IMG/VR virus record: IMGVR_UViG_3300021432_000004
Location: 1-35,913 of that record
Strand: one strand, 5' to 3'
Length of the DNA: 35,913 nucleotides
From: a virus
In this document: positions 1 to 6,969 of the stretch, in pieces
Layout of the letters: each line of letters opens with the position of its first letter
Numbering within the stretch: position 1 is the stretch's first letter
Notes under the pieces: generated by a model
What the model saw: the letters and a program-made list of their open reading frames with translations, nothing else
What the model was told of the DNA's origin: nothing
The model's database searches: none
Position numbers and translations under genes: made by a program

Positions 1-94
1 CACAACCTCAATCACTGCTGAGTGATGAGGAAATAGACGCTATCTATTTTAAGCAATTGAATCAGCACGTTCGAGAAGGCGACTTCCCAACCAT
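1..94. repeat. Window-end overlap, copy 1 (identical to 35820-35913)
   Basis: Read directly: the first 94 nt recur exactly as the last 94 nt, giving a unit length of 35819 bp. Consistent with a circularly closed or permuted contig, or a short direct terminal repeat. Confidence 0.9.
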
Positions 95-344
95 CCGGAC
101 ATTCGCTAAAGCCATTGAATCCAAAGTCCGCCAGCAAGACGAAGAGGTGCGCAGGGATGCTGAGAGACTTGATTTTGTACTTAAAAATCTAAGCTTCCTA
201 CAGCATTCTGAACATGGCGTTCAACTATGGACGCAAGACGAGGATGAAGAATACATTATTCTTTCTGGGCATGAGGACAAATGGTTCCTCACTACACGCG
301 AAGCAATTGACTCCGCCATCGCCAAACAAAAAGGTGAACAGTGA
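1..344 (+). CDS. C-terminal part of the Lar-family fusion protein (continuation of the ORF starting at 35642)
   Basis: Frame of 57-344 equals the frame of 35642 after subtracting 35819. Open from base 3; stop TGA at 342-344. Acidic, helical-looking tail. Confidence 0.8.
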   Translation, partial: QPQSLLSDEEIDAIYFKQLNQHVREGDFPTIRTFAKAIESKVRQQDEEVRRDAERLDFVLKNLSFLQHSEHGVQLWTQDEDEEYIILSGHEDKWFLTTREAIDSAIAKQKGEQ

Positions 345-781
345 GCGACGACTCAATCTCGGCTCAGTTCGTCATTAACACGGTTGACGATGCGAACAGG
401 CTTACTGCGTTCCTCCGTCAGCATGCCGGCGCCTGCGTTGAATCTGGCAATCCTCTTCGTGTTTTGGTTCAGCAGGACGAGGACGACGCGTTCAATTACC
501 AGGTTCGCTATTATTGGGGCATCACGTTGAAGTCAATTTGTGAGCAAGCCTGGATCGACGGAAAGCAGTTCGACAAGGACACTTGGCACGAATTCTGTTG
601 CGGGTGTTTCCTACCAAAAAAAGAGATCGTCATGCCTGATGGAGAGATAGTTATACGGCGCCACTCAATCGCACGAGGCCATATTTCCGCGAAGAAAATG
701 GCTAAATATACGATTGAGGTTGAGGCTTGGGCATCCTCGGAGCTTGGTGTAATTTTCCCTGAAAAACAAAATGGACAATAG
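341..781 (+). CDS. Hypothetical early protein, 146 aa; possibly NinB/Orf- or DUF1367-like recombination mediator (tentative)
   Basis: GTGA start/stop overlap with the upstream gene. Size and a central N-x-Q-x-R-Y-Y-W region followed by W-H-E resemble lambda NinB-type proteins, from memory only. Confidence 0.65.
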   Translation: MSDDSISAQFVINTVDDANRLTAFLRQHAGACVESGNPLRVLVQQDEDDAFNYQVRYYWGITLKSICEQAWIDGKQFDKDTWHEFCCGCFLPKKEIVMPDGEIVIRRHSIARGHISAKKMAKYTIEVEAWASSELGVIFPEKQNGQ

Positions 782-813
782 CAGGGGCAGGTTCCAAGAG
801 TGGCTGCAACAGC

Positions 814-1014
814 ATGGAGGATATTGAGCAAATGACCTACGCGCCGCCAATGGCAAAGAGAAAATATTTCAAGACGCTAAAAAATAGCTCAGGAAAATTG
901 ATATCAAACGAATGTGCGCGATGTCGGCGTATGAAAGAATACAAAGATGGAATGTGGTTTGAGCATCACAGAGAGCATGATTCCTGGTATTGGGTTTGCA
1001 AAGGCTGCAAATAA
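814..1014 (+). CDS. Small zinc-ribbon protein (CxxC...CxxC)
   Basis: ORF with CARC ... CKGC pairs. An alternative start at ATG 832 has a better GAGGA RBS. Confidence 0.6.
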   Translation: MEDIEQMTYAPPMAKRKYFKTLKNSSGKLISNECARCRRMKEYKDGMWFEHHREHDSWYWVCKGCK

Positions 1015-1026
1015 TTCAAAAACTCC

Positions 1027-1055
1027 TTGCACATGTAAACTATCTTTACTATACT
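1027..1055 (+). promoter_or_regulatory. Sigma70-like promoter TTGCAC-17 nt-TATACT
   Basis: -35 at 1027-1032, 17-nt spacer, -10 at 1050-1055, in the intergenic gap upstream of ATG 1094. Confidence 0.6.
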
Positions 1056-1084
1056 TGAGTCATCGGTTAGACAAACAACTCAAG
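1054..1084 (+). promoter_or_regulatory. Perfect 7-bp inverted repeat CTTGAGT-N17-ACTCAAG overlapping the -10 end and the RBS
   Basis: Arms at 1054-1060 and 1078-1084. The 3' arm overlaps the AAGGGG Shine-Dalgarno of the 1094 gene. Operator or 5' UTR hairpin candidate. Confidence 0.5.
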
Positions 1085-1093
1085 GGGATAGAA

Positions 1094-1489
1094 ATGAACA
1101 GCATAGAAATTTTGGGTACAGATGACGCGGTTAATACTTGCGATTGCTGCGGAAAATCGAATTTGAAATTCACTGTTGCCGTTTCAGTCAATGGAGAAAT
1201 TATGCATTATGGCAGTGTATGCGCCACAAAGCATACTGGAAAAACATCTAAACAGATCAAGGTCGATATTACAGACCGACACGCCTCTATGATACGCGCC
1301 GCTAAGGATGAACTGCGTTGCCGTCCTGAAGTTGCAGAGGCCGTATTGGCAAAAGATGTAGCTCGCAAAGCTGGATTAGTTGGTGTTGCATTTCTTCGCA
1401 CCTGCAAAGAAGCAAATGACGCTGAGAGAAAAGTTCAGCAAGAAATCGCAGAAAAATACAATCTTCGTTTTTCAGAAATTTACGTTTAA
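1094..1489 (+). CDS. Hypothetical early protein, 131 aa, with N-terminal Cys cluster (CDCCGK ... GSVCATKH)
   Basis: ATG 1094 preceded by AAGGGGA. The longer 947 start lies upstream of the promoter and overlaps the previous gene. Confidence 0.75.
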   Translation: MNSIEILGTDDAVNTCDCCGKSNLKFTVAVSVNGEIMHYGSVCATKHTGKTSKQIKVDITDRHASMIRAAKDELRCRPEVAEAVLAKDVARKAGLVGVAFLRTCKEANDAERKVQQEIAEKYNLRFSEIYV

Positions 1490-1498
1490 GGAGGAATC

Positions 1499-1711
1499 AT
1501 GCTAACCAAACACCAAAAAGAAGTCCGTGCAACAGCAGAAATGGGCTTTGCACACGCAATCAATAAGGCTTGCCGATCCGAACTCAAAGGAGAGGCTCTT
1601 GTAAGCGCAGTACGCGAAGCAGCTGCTATCAGACAAGAATTGCTTGACTCCGTTGACGCACGCCCAATCAATCCTCTTGCAGCTTGGGCTAACTGGCCAT
1701 CCACCAAATAA
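1499..1711 (+). CDS. Hypothetical small early protein, 70 aa
   Basis: Strong RBS AAGGAGG 5 nt upstream of ATG 1499; tightly packed with neighbours. Confidence 0.8.
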   Translation: MLTKHQKEVRATAEMGFAHAINKACRSELKGEALVSAVREAAAIRQELLDSVDARPINPLAAWANWPSTK

Positions 1712-1712
1712 C

Positions 1713-1901
1713 ATGCAGTCGCATGAACTTCTAGCATGGCAAAAATCGATGAATTTCACCGCTAAGTTTGCGGCTGAGATTCTGGGAGTTAGTCGCATGA
1801 GTTATTCAAGCTGGATCAACGGTCGGCATCCTATTCCGAAAAGCGTTGACTATGCTTGTTCTGCGATTTGTTTTGGAATTCTTCCTTACTCAGAATGGTA
1901 A
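1713..1901 (+). CDS. Small helix-turn-helix regulator (XRE / DUF1870 / Aca2-like pattern, tentative)
   Basis: From ATG 1713: MQSHELLAWQKSMNFTAKFAAEILGVSRMSYSSWINGRHPIP, a typical HTH with the W-x-x-G-x-x-x-I-P signature. Start chosen to abut the upstream stop. Confidence 0.7.
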   Translation: MQSHELLAWQKSMNFTAKFAAEILGVSRMSYSSWINGRHPIPKSVDYACSAICFGILPYSEW

Positions 1902-1905
1902 AAAT

Positions 1906-2160
1906 ATGTACTCACTTCATTTCCCGCTTCAGCCAAATAAAGAGAGTGGCTGGACGATAAGCACTGCATATCTTAAACAAATAGTTTCTCATATTGCGGA
2001 AAATTCCGTGTCTTGGGAGGATATCGAAACTGTTCTTTTGGCGCTTGAGCAAATGCATGATCCAGCACACGATAGCGATTGCGCATCTCACAATTCGCCT
2101 GCTTATCCAAATGGCTTGTGCGATTGCTCCAGAATGCGTATTGGCGCGTTTGAAAATTAA
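1906..2160 (+). CDS. Hypothetical protein, 84 aa
   Basis: Internal ATG 1906 directly after the upstream stop at 1901; co-oriented; weak RBS. Confidence 0.55.
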   Translation: MYSLHFPLQPNKESGWTISTAYLKQIVSHIAENSVSWEDIETVLLALEQMHDPAHDSDCASHNSPAYPNGLCDCSRMRIGAFEN

Positions 2161-2208
2161 TGCGATTGGAATTTTGATGGAGAGCCTTAAAATCCATTTG
2201 GAGAAATC

Positions 2209-2379
2209 ATGAAAATCGACTTACAAGCCGCTGAAAAAATGGTCGCTAATCTTCGCGAAAACGGCTGCTGCGGCCCTTTCGCGCAAGCCTTGGTGTTGAT
2301 CCATACCGAATGGGTAAAACTGCGGGAATCGTTCGTTACGATCAATCCAGAGTGGGACGGCGAGGAGCGCAGGCGCTAA
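2209..2379 (+). CDS. Hypothetical small protein, 56 aa (not in ORF track)
   Basis: ATG 2209 with GGAG RBS, open to TAA 2377-2379, co-oriented. Followed by a weak hairpin plus a T7 run. Confidence 0.55.
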   Translation: MKIDLQAAEKMVANLRENGCCGPFAQALVLIHTEWVKLRESFVTINPEWDGEERRR

Positions 2380-2583
2380 TTTTTTTGCCATTCTAGTTGT
2401 GCATTTTCCAATTGGCACAAGTATTTCATAAACTGTCAATAGGTTATTGTATAAAAACTGAAAAATAAATAACTGGAAAATCGACAACTCCACATCTATC
2501 ATAGCTATTGCCAATTGCAAAGATTGGCAGTTCCATATGCCCTGGCCTACTTAGCACGTGTCCAGATAACGCAACCGAAAAGA

Positions 2584-2664
2584 GCGTCACCGAGAGGGTG
2601 GCTAATCCGCAAGGACGCCGTCCCTGATCTTTCGCAGGGGTGCTAACCCCTCTCTCGATGACGC
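2584..2664 (+). ncRNA. Y-shaped structured element upstream of the replication gene (RNA leader or DNA structure)
   Basis: Outer stem 2584-2598 pairs with 2649-2664 (about 14 bp, one mismatch, one bulge). Inner hairpins: TCC-GCAA-GGA (2606-2615) and CCCTG-N8-CAGGG (2622-2639). Confidence 0.45.
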
Positions 2665-2679
2665 GGAAAGAAAAAAAGG

Positions 2680-3480
2680 ATGTTCTACTACTCTCACCAC
2701 ATTGGCGATTACAGACGCGATACTTCGCACCTTTCCCTGCTGGAGCATGGAATTTATCGTCAAATGCTGGATCAATACTATCTCGATGAAAAGCCCATAT
2801 GCGCAGACGATGCGAAGCTTATGCGCTCGCTATGCGCTCGCAGTGCGGATGAGATACAGTCCGTCAAAAATGTGCTTAAAGACTTCTTTTTATGCACTGA
2901 AGACGGGTATGTACACAAGCGATGTGACATAGAAATTGAAGGATTCCACGCAAAATCTAAGTCGGCAAGCGAGTCTGCAAAGGCAAGATGGGAGCGGTTA
3001 AAGGGCAAAAATCATGCGAACGCATCAGTTAATCATGCGAACGCATTAAATCCGCAATGCGATGGCAATGCTAACCATAAACCAATAACCAATAACCAAG
3101 AACCAGTAACCAATGAACCAGTAACCATAAACCCTGAATCTTCAAAGAAAGGTGGTTTATCAAAAGGTTCTAGGTTGTCGCCTGAGTGGATGCTTCCGAA
3201 AATTTGGGGGGAATGGGCGCTTGAACAGGGCTATTTGTCTGCCGACCATGTACGCTTGCAAGCCGAGAAGTTCCGGGATTACTGGATTGCCCAGCCTGGA
3301 GCAAAAGGTCGCAAGGTCGATTGGTACGCTACTTGGCGAAACTGGATCAGGAATTCTGAAAGTCGCTCACCGACAAGCGGTTCGCCGAAAAATGGTGGAA
3401 TCGTCAATGGTATGGGAGCAAATCTCGCGACCAGCATAGGAAGTCTTCAACGTTACTTGGAGAAACACAATGAAAGCTGA
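2680..3480 (+). CDS. DUF1376 (YdaU-like) replication-associated protein
   Basis: N-terminus MFYYSHHIGDYRRDTSHLSLLEHGIYRQMLDQYY matches the DUF1376 signature. Low-complexity N/P/T linker, then a basic W-rich C-terminal domain. Confidence 0.85.
   Translation: MFYYSHHIGDYRRDTSHLSLLEHGIYRQMLDQYYLDEKPICADDAKLMRSLCARSADEIQSVKNVLKDFFLCTEDGYVHKRCDIEIEGFHAKSKSASESAKARWERLKGKNHANASVNHANALNPQCDGNANHKPITNNQEPVTNEPVTINPESSKKGGLSKGSRLSPEWMLPKIWGEWALEQGYLSADHVRLQAEKFRDYWIAQPGAKGRKVDWYATWRNWIRNSESRSPTSGSPKNGGIVNGMGANLATSIGSLQRYLEKHNES
3010..3133 (+). repeat. Cluster of short direct repeats inside the DUF1376 linker (iteron-like)
   Basis: AATCATGCGAACGCAT at 3010-3025 and 3031-3046. GAACCAGTAACCA at 3100-3112 and 3115-3127. 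TAACCATAAACC at 3072-3083 and 3122-3133. Confidence 0.7.
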
Positions 3481-4228
3481 AATTGCAAAATCTATTTCCA
3501 TCGTGGCAGCGGAATACGAAATCAGTATGGATGACGCTCGTACAGAAATCTGGATGACTGCGCTGGAACCTTACGGAGCAATGATCGTCGCGCGCGCCGT
3601 AACGCTGCTGATTCATGATCCGCAAACCGGGAAATATGGAAAACCCCGCATCAATGACCTGCTGGCGAAGTGCGAACTTGTCCAAGGAGGCGACAAGCGC
3701 CCGACAGCCGACGAAGCCTGGGCCTTGTGCTTGCTTGGTGCTGACGAAGCGAATACCGTCGTTTGGACAGAAGAATGCGCCAAAGCGTTTCACATTGCAT
3801 CGCCAGTCTTGGATAGAGGCGACGAAATAGGCGCACGAATGGCATTCCGGCAAGCCTATGAGCGCCTGGTAAGGGATGCGCGCAGCCAGGGACAAGGATG
3901 CAAGTGGCTTGTATCCCTTGGCTGCGATCCTGAAGGCAGGGAAGTTGCAATTCGACAGGGTGTAACTTCCGGGTTTCTGACTGAAAATGAGGGCGCATCC
4001 CATCTTCCCATGCTGGAAACCGAGAAACGTCTTGCACTGGAATGGAACAAGCCGACGTTAAATCCCAAGGAGCAAATCGCTAAAATTCGCAATCTGTTGA
4101 ATTCCATGGAATCGCAGACCGACAAGCTAGCGCGCATCGCCATGGAGACTGCCGAGGTAGAGCGCGAGCACACAAGGCATCGGAAAGAAGCAATCGGCGT
4201 AATGGCTAACTTTGGGCGTCAAGCATGA
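3470..4228 (+). CDS. Replication-module protein, 252 aa; possible helicase-loader-like (G39P-type N-terminal pattern, tentative)
   Basis: 11-nt overlap with the DUF1376 gene. The function guess rests on position and a loosely remembered N-terminal motif. Confidence 0.7.
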   Translation: MKAEIAKSISIVAAEYEISMDDARTEIWMTALEPYGAMIVARAVTLLIHDPQTGKYGKPRINDLLAKCELVQGGDKRPTADEAWALCLLGADEANTVVWTEECAKAFHIASPVLDRGDEIGARMAFRQAYERLVRDARSQGQGCKWLVSLGCDPEGREVAIRQGVTSGFLTENEGASHLPMLETEKRLALEWNKPTLNPKEQIAKIRNLLNSMESQTDKLARIAMETAEVEREHTRHRKEAIGVMANFGRQA

Positions 4229-4268
4229 AATCCGCGCAGCAGGAGCAAATGCCGATGAGGGAAATGCT

Positions 4269-4433
4269 ATGAAAGCTGATCCGGGAAACTTGGCGCGCGG
4301 CGAATTGCTGCATACGCCTAAGATGACGGAAGAACGTGCGGTCTACCTGCTGGCACTGGCGCGCAAAGATCGCAGTAAACTGCAAGCCCTAAAGAAATTT
4401 CAGGCGCCGGCGTTGGACTGGGGGAAGAAATGA
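4269..4433 (+). CDS. Hypothetical small protein, 54 aa
   Basis: ATG 4269 preceded by GAGGGA. The stop overlaps the next start (ATGA at 4430-4433). Confidence 0.5.
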   Translation: MKADPGNLARGELLHTPKMTEERAVYLLALARKDRSKLQALKKFQAPALDWGKK

Positions 4434-5317
4434 GAATAGCGAAATGGAATGAGGAAGAAATAGCGTTTCTTATTGAAAATTATCCGAAGATGGGTAAGCA
4501 ATGGTGCATAGAAAAACTGGGAAGGTCAGAATCTCAAATTAGATATAAAGCAAGTAAATTGAAATTGAGGGCGAGAGGAATAAGCGCAGCTTGGTTTGAG
4601 AAAAATAAAAAACATTCTGAGCTTTTAACAGGACGTTTGCGACCTGAACAATCTGAATTTATGAAAAATGCATATAAGTCTGGGAGCATGAAACCGAGAG
4701 AATTTTCAGACAATGAAAAGAAAGAATATTCTGAAAGAATGAAAAATCACATAAAAGAAAATGGACATCCGCGTGGCGCATTAGGCATGAAGCATTCTGG
4801 AGTAACAAAGGAAAAAATTTCTTTAAATTCATCAAAAACATGGAAAAATATTACCGAGGAACAATTATTCGAAAGAAATATGAAAGCCATGAAAACACGC
4901 GTAAAAAATGGCACTCAATTCACTGAAAGAAAAAATGCTTCATGGAAGGCATCTTGGAGAGAAATTGGAGGAGTTAAAAAATATTATCGTTCAAAGTGGG
5001 AGGCCAACTACGCATATTATCTTCAATGGTTGAAGGAAAAAGGGGAAATCATTGATTGGAAGCATGAACCTTTAACATTTTGGTTCGAAGGAATAAAACG
5101 TGGGACGGCAAGTTATCTCCCCGATTTTTGGGTAAAAGAAAAAAATGGCTCTGAGGCTTACCATGAAGTAAAGGGATGGATGGATGAACGAAGCATTACA
5201 AAAATAAAGAGAATGGCGAAATATCATCCGTCTGTGAAGCTCGTGGTAATTGATTCTTCAAGTTATACAGCCCTGAAAAAATCAGTTTGTTCTTTGGTGC
5301 CTGGTTGGGAACCGTGA
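4430..5317 (+). CDS. PD-(D/E)xK-type nuclease-like protein with N-terminal Myb/SANT-like HTH
   Basis: C-terminal motif YLPDFWV-x10-YHEVKGW (D ... E-x-K). N-terminal WNEEEIAFLIENYPKMG. Visibly AT-rich compared with its flanks. Confidence 0.75.
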   Translation: MRIAKWNEEEIAFLIENYPKMGKQWCIEKLGRSESQIRYKASKLKLRARGISAAWFEKNKKHSELLTGRLRPEQSEFMKNAYKSGSMKPREFSDNEKKEYSERMKNHIKENGHPRGALGMKHSGVTKEKISLNSSKTWKNITEEQLFERNMKAMKTRVKNGTQFTERKNASWKASWREIGGVKKYYRSKWEANYAYYLQWLKEKGEIIDWKHEPLTFWFEGIKRGTASYLPDFWVKEKNGSEAYHEVKGWMDERSITKIKRMAKYHPSVKLVVIDSSSYTALKKSVCSLVPGWEP

Positions 5318-5463
5318 AGGATATTCTGTTCAATGACGATAAATTCGTGTGGGCGCTCACGGCGCATCGGATGGAACCGGACGCTGGAGGCGCGCGCGTG
5401 GTGGTGAAGATTACGAAGTTGCCGGTTCCTGAGCCTGTTCAACGTATATTGGAGGAAGCATAA
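5314..5463 (+). CDS. Hypothetical small protein, 49 aa (GTG start, not in ORF track)
   Basis: GTGA overlap with the upstream stop and TAATG overlap with the downstream start; GC-rich codons like the backbone. Confidence 0.4.
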   Translation: MKDILFNDDKFVWALTAHRMEPDAGGARVVVKITKLPVPEPVQRILEEA

Positions 5464-6068
5464 TGCTATTCGATAGGAGAGAGAAATTACATACCCCTGA
5501 TTCTAGTTGCTCCAGAGATTTCCGGCAAACTGTAAATGACAGGATACATAATGATCCTGAATTTGCGAGTATGTTCGCCCGTGAATTATTGGGTGAGCGT
5601 GATTGCCGCTCCCAGTTTTGGAATGCACAAGGCCGCGCGCTTAATGGTGGAAATGGAATTTCGCAGCAATATACATTTGATGCAAGCGCCTACGCTAAAG
5701 TATTAGATGGAAAATCACTTCAAGCTAAAAGGCAAATTGATAATATTGCATCAAAGAAAAAGCTGCACAAATGGGCCAAAGAAATAAAGGCTTGGGCGGA
5801 CGGAGCAACAATTCAATATGCGGATAAGGAAGTCGATGTATGGGCGGACGTTATAGACCCTCCGTGGTACAGAGGTGGTATTTTCCGCATCAAGCCTGAG
5901 ATTGAATATCCGCAAACAATGATGAGCGACATGGAAATTTTTGAATGCCTTGGGAATGCTGTCCATTTTTATCAGCATGCGTTCAGAAATTTAATCAATA
6001 TTGCCATCCGGCGCGCAATCGAAGACGGAGATGTTATTATCAATCCTGAACGAAAACCGAAGGAGTAA
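5463..6068 (+). CDS. Hypothetical protein, 201 aa
   Basis: Long ORF, GGAGGA RBS, co-oriented, coupled to its neighbours. Confidence 0.8.
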   Translation: MLFDRREKLHTPDSSCSRDFRQTVNDRIHNDPEFASMFARELLGERDCRSQFWNAQGRALNGGNGISQQYTFDASAYAKVLDGKSLQAKRQIDNIASKKKLHKWAKEIKAWADGATIQYADKEVDVWADVIDPPWYRGGIFRIKPEIEYPQTMMSDMEIFECLGNAVHFYQHAFRNLINIAIRRAIEDGDVIINPERKPKE

Positions 6069-6070
6069 TC

Positions 6071-6280
6071 ATGGGACTTCTGACTACCAAGCAACGCAAA
6101 AACTTGCCGAAGAGTGATTTCGGCGTTCCATCTACTGGCGGTTATCCTATGCCTGACGCCAGCCACGCCGCCAATGCAAAGGCGCGTGCAAAGCAAATGG
6201 TGAATGCCGGCAAACTCGCCCCATCTACTGCCAAGAAGATCGACGCCAAGGCAAACAAGATACTGAAAGGTAAAAAATGA
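6071..6280 (+). CDS. Hypothetical basic Lys/Ala-rich protein, 69 aa
   Basis: AAGGAG RBS upstream of ATG 6071; ATGA overlap with the next gene. Confidence 0.75.
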   Translation: MGLLTTKQRKNLPKSDFGVPSTGGYPMPDASHAANAKARAKQMVNAGKLAPSTAKKIDAKANKILKGKK

Positions 6281-6495
6281 TTTCCCATCTGAAATTTGAT
6301 TTCAACATCGACGGCAAACAATATTGCCTTAAAACATCTATCGAGCACTTCAACGACAGGGCTGATATCGTGGCCTTTGAAGTGGTCGAAGATGTTGCAC
6401 CAGAACCGGAAGTCGCAGAAGAAAAGGATATTGATAGCGCTGCTCCGGAAGGTGCTGATGCGAAGATTTCTGAGGGCGCTGTGCAGAATCCTTGA
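6277..6495 (+). CDS. Hypothetical acidic protein, 72 aa
   Basis: Coupled start. Its stop codon lies inside hairpin 6490-6511. Confidence 0.65.
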   Translation: MISHLKFDFNIDGKQYCLKTSIEHFNDRADIVAFEVVEDVAPEPEVAEEKDIDSAAPEGADAKISEGAVQNP

Positions 6496-6560
6496 GGTTT
6501 GCATCTCAAGGTAAGAGACTGGTAATCTCTGAGCAGGTTAAAGACCGGCAACTATTTACT

Positions 6561-6638
6561 CAGGGTTTAGGCTAGTCCGGTAAAGTCAGCCGCCTTGGAA
6601 GCGGGAAATCGGTGGTTCAAATCCATCAGCCCTGACCA
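6561..6638 (+). tRNA. tRNA-Pro (anticodon UGG) with encoded CCA
   Basis: Hand-folded cloverleaf. Acceptor CAGGGTT/AGCCCTG; D stem GGCT/AGTC. Anticodon loop CU-UGG-AA at 6594-6600. T arm GGTGG-TTCAAAT-CCATC. C1-G72 and A73 fit Pro identity. One G.G mismatch at 27:43. Confidence 0.75.
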
Positions 6639-6705
6639 AATTTTCTGTTATTATCCGCACATGAATAACTTAGGAAGGACACTCCGCGAGGAATCCTGAT
6701 AAATC

Positions 6706-6969
6706 ATGGCAGAACGTCTACATAAGCGACATCAGGACGAGGTGAGGTCAAAAATCCAAGCCAGTCAGCTCATAAACGTGCTGCAAAATCATGCACTTAT
6801 GAAGGACGAAAAAGAACTTTCTTCGTCGAGACTAAAGGCAATAGAAATTTTATTGCGTAAAAGCGTTCCAGACCTATCACAAGTTCAGCTTGAGGGCCGT
6901 TTAACCACAATGACACTCGCAGAAGAACTCGCCTCGCTCAATGGCAAGCCAAATACAAGTCGCGATTAA
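6706..6969 (+). CDS. Putative small terminase subunit
   Basis: 87-aa helical basic protein immediately upstream of, and overlapping, the large terminase. Positional inference. Confidence 0.6.
   Translation: MAERLHKRHQDEVRSKIQASQLINVLQNHALMKDEKELSSSRLKAIEILLRKSVPDLSQVQLEGRLTTMTLAEELASLNGKPNTSRD

Noticed and set aside
2221-2520. 99-aa minus-strand ORF in the AT-rich gap
   Set aside because: It runs opposite to the operon, overlaps the RBS-led plus-strand 2209-2379 ORF, and is mostly low-complexity AT-rich translation.
2584-2664. Whether the structured element is a second tRNA
   Set aside because: No T-loop (TTCRA), no 7-nt anticodon loop in the right register and no CCA/discriminator context. 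The long outer stem (about 14 bp) is incompatible with a cloverleaf.
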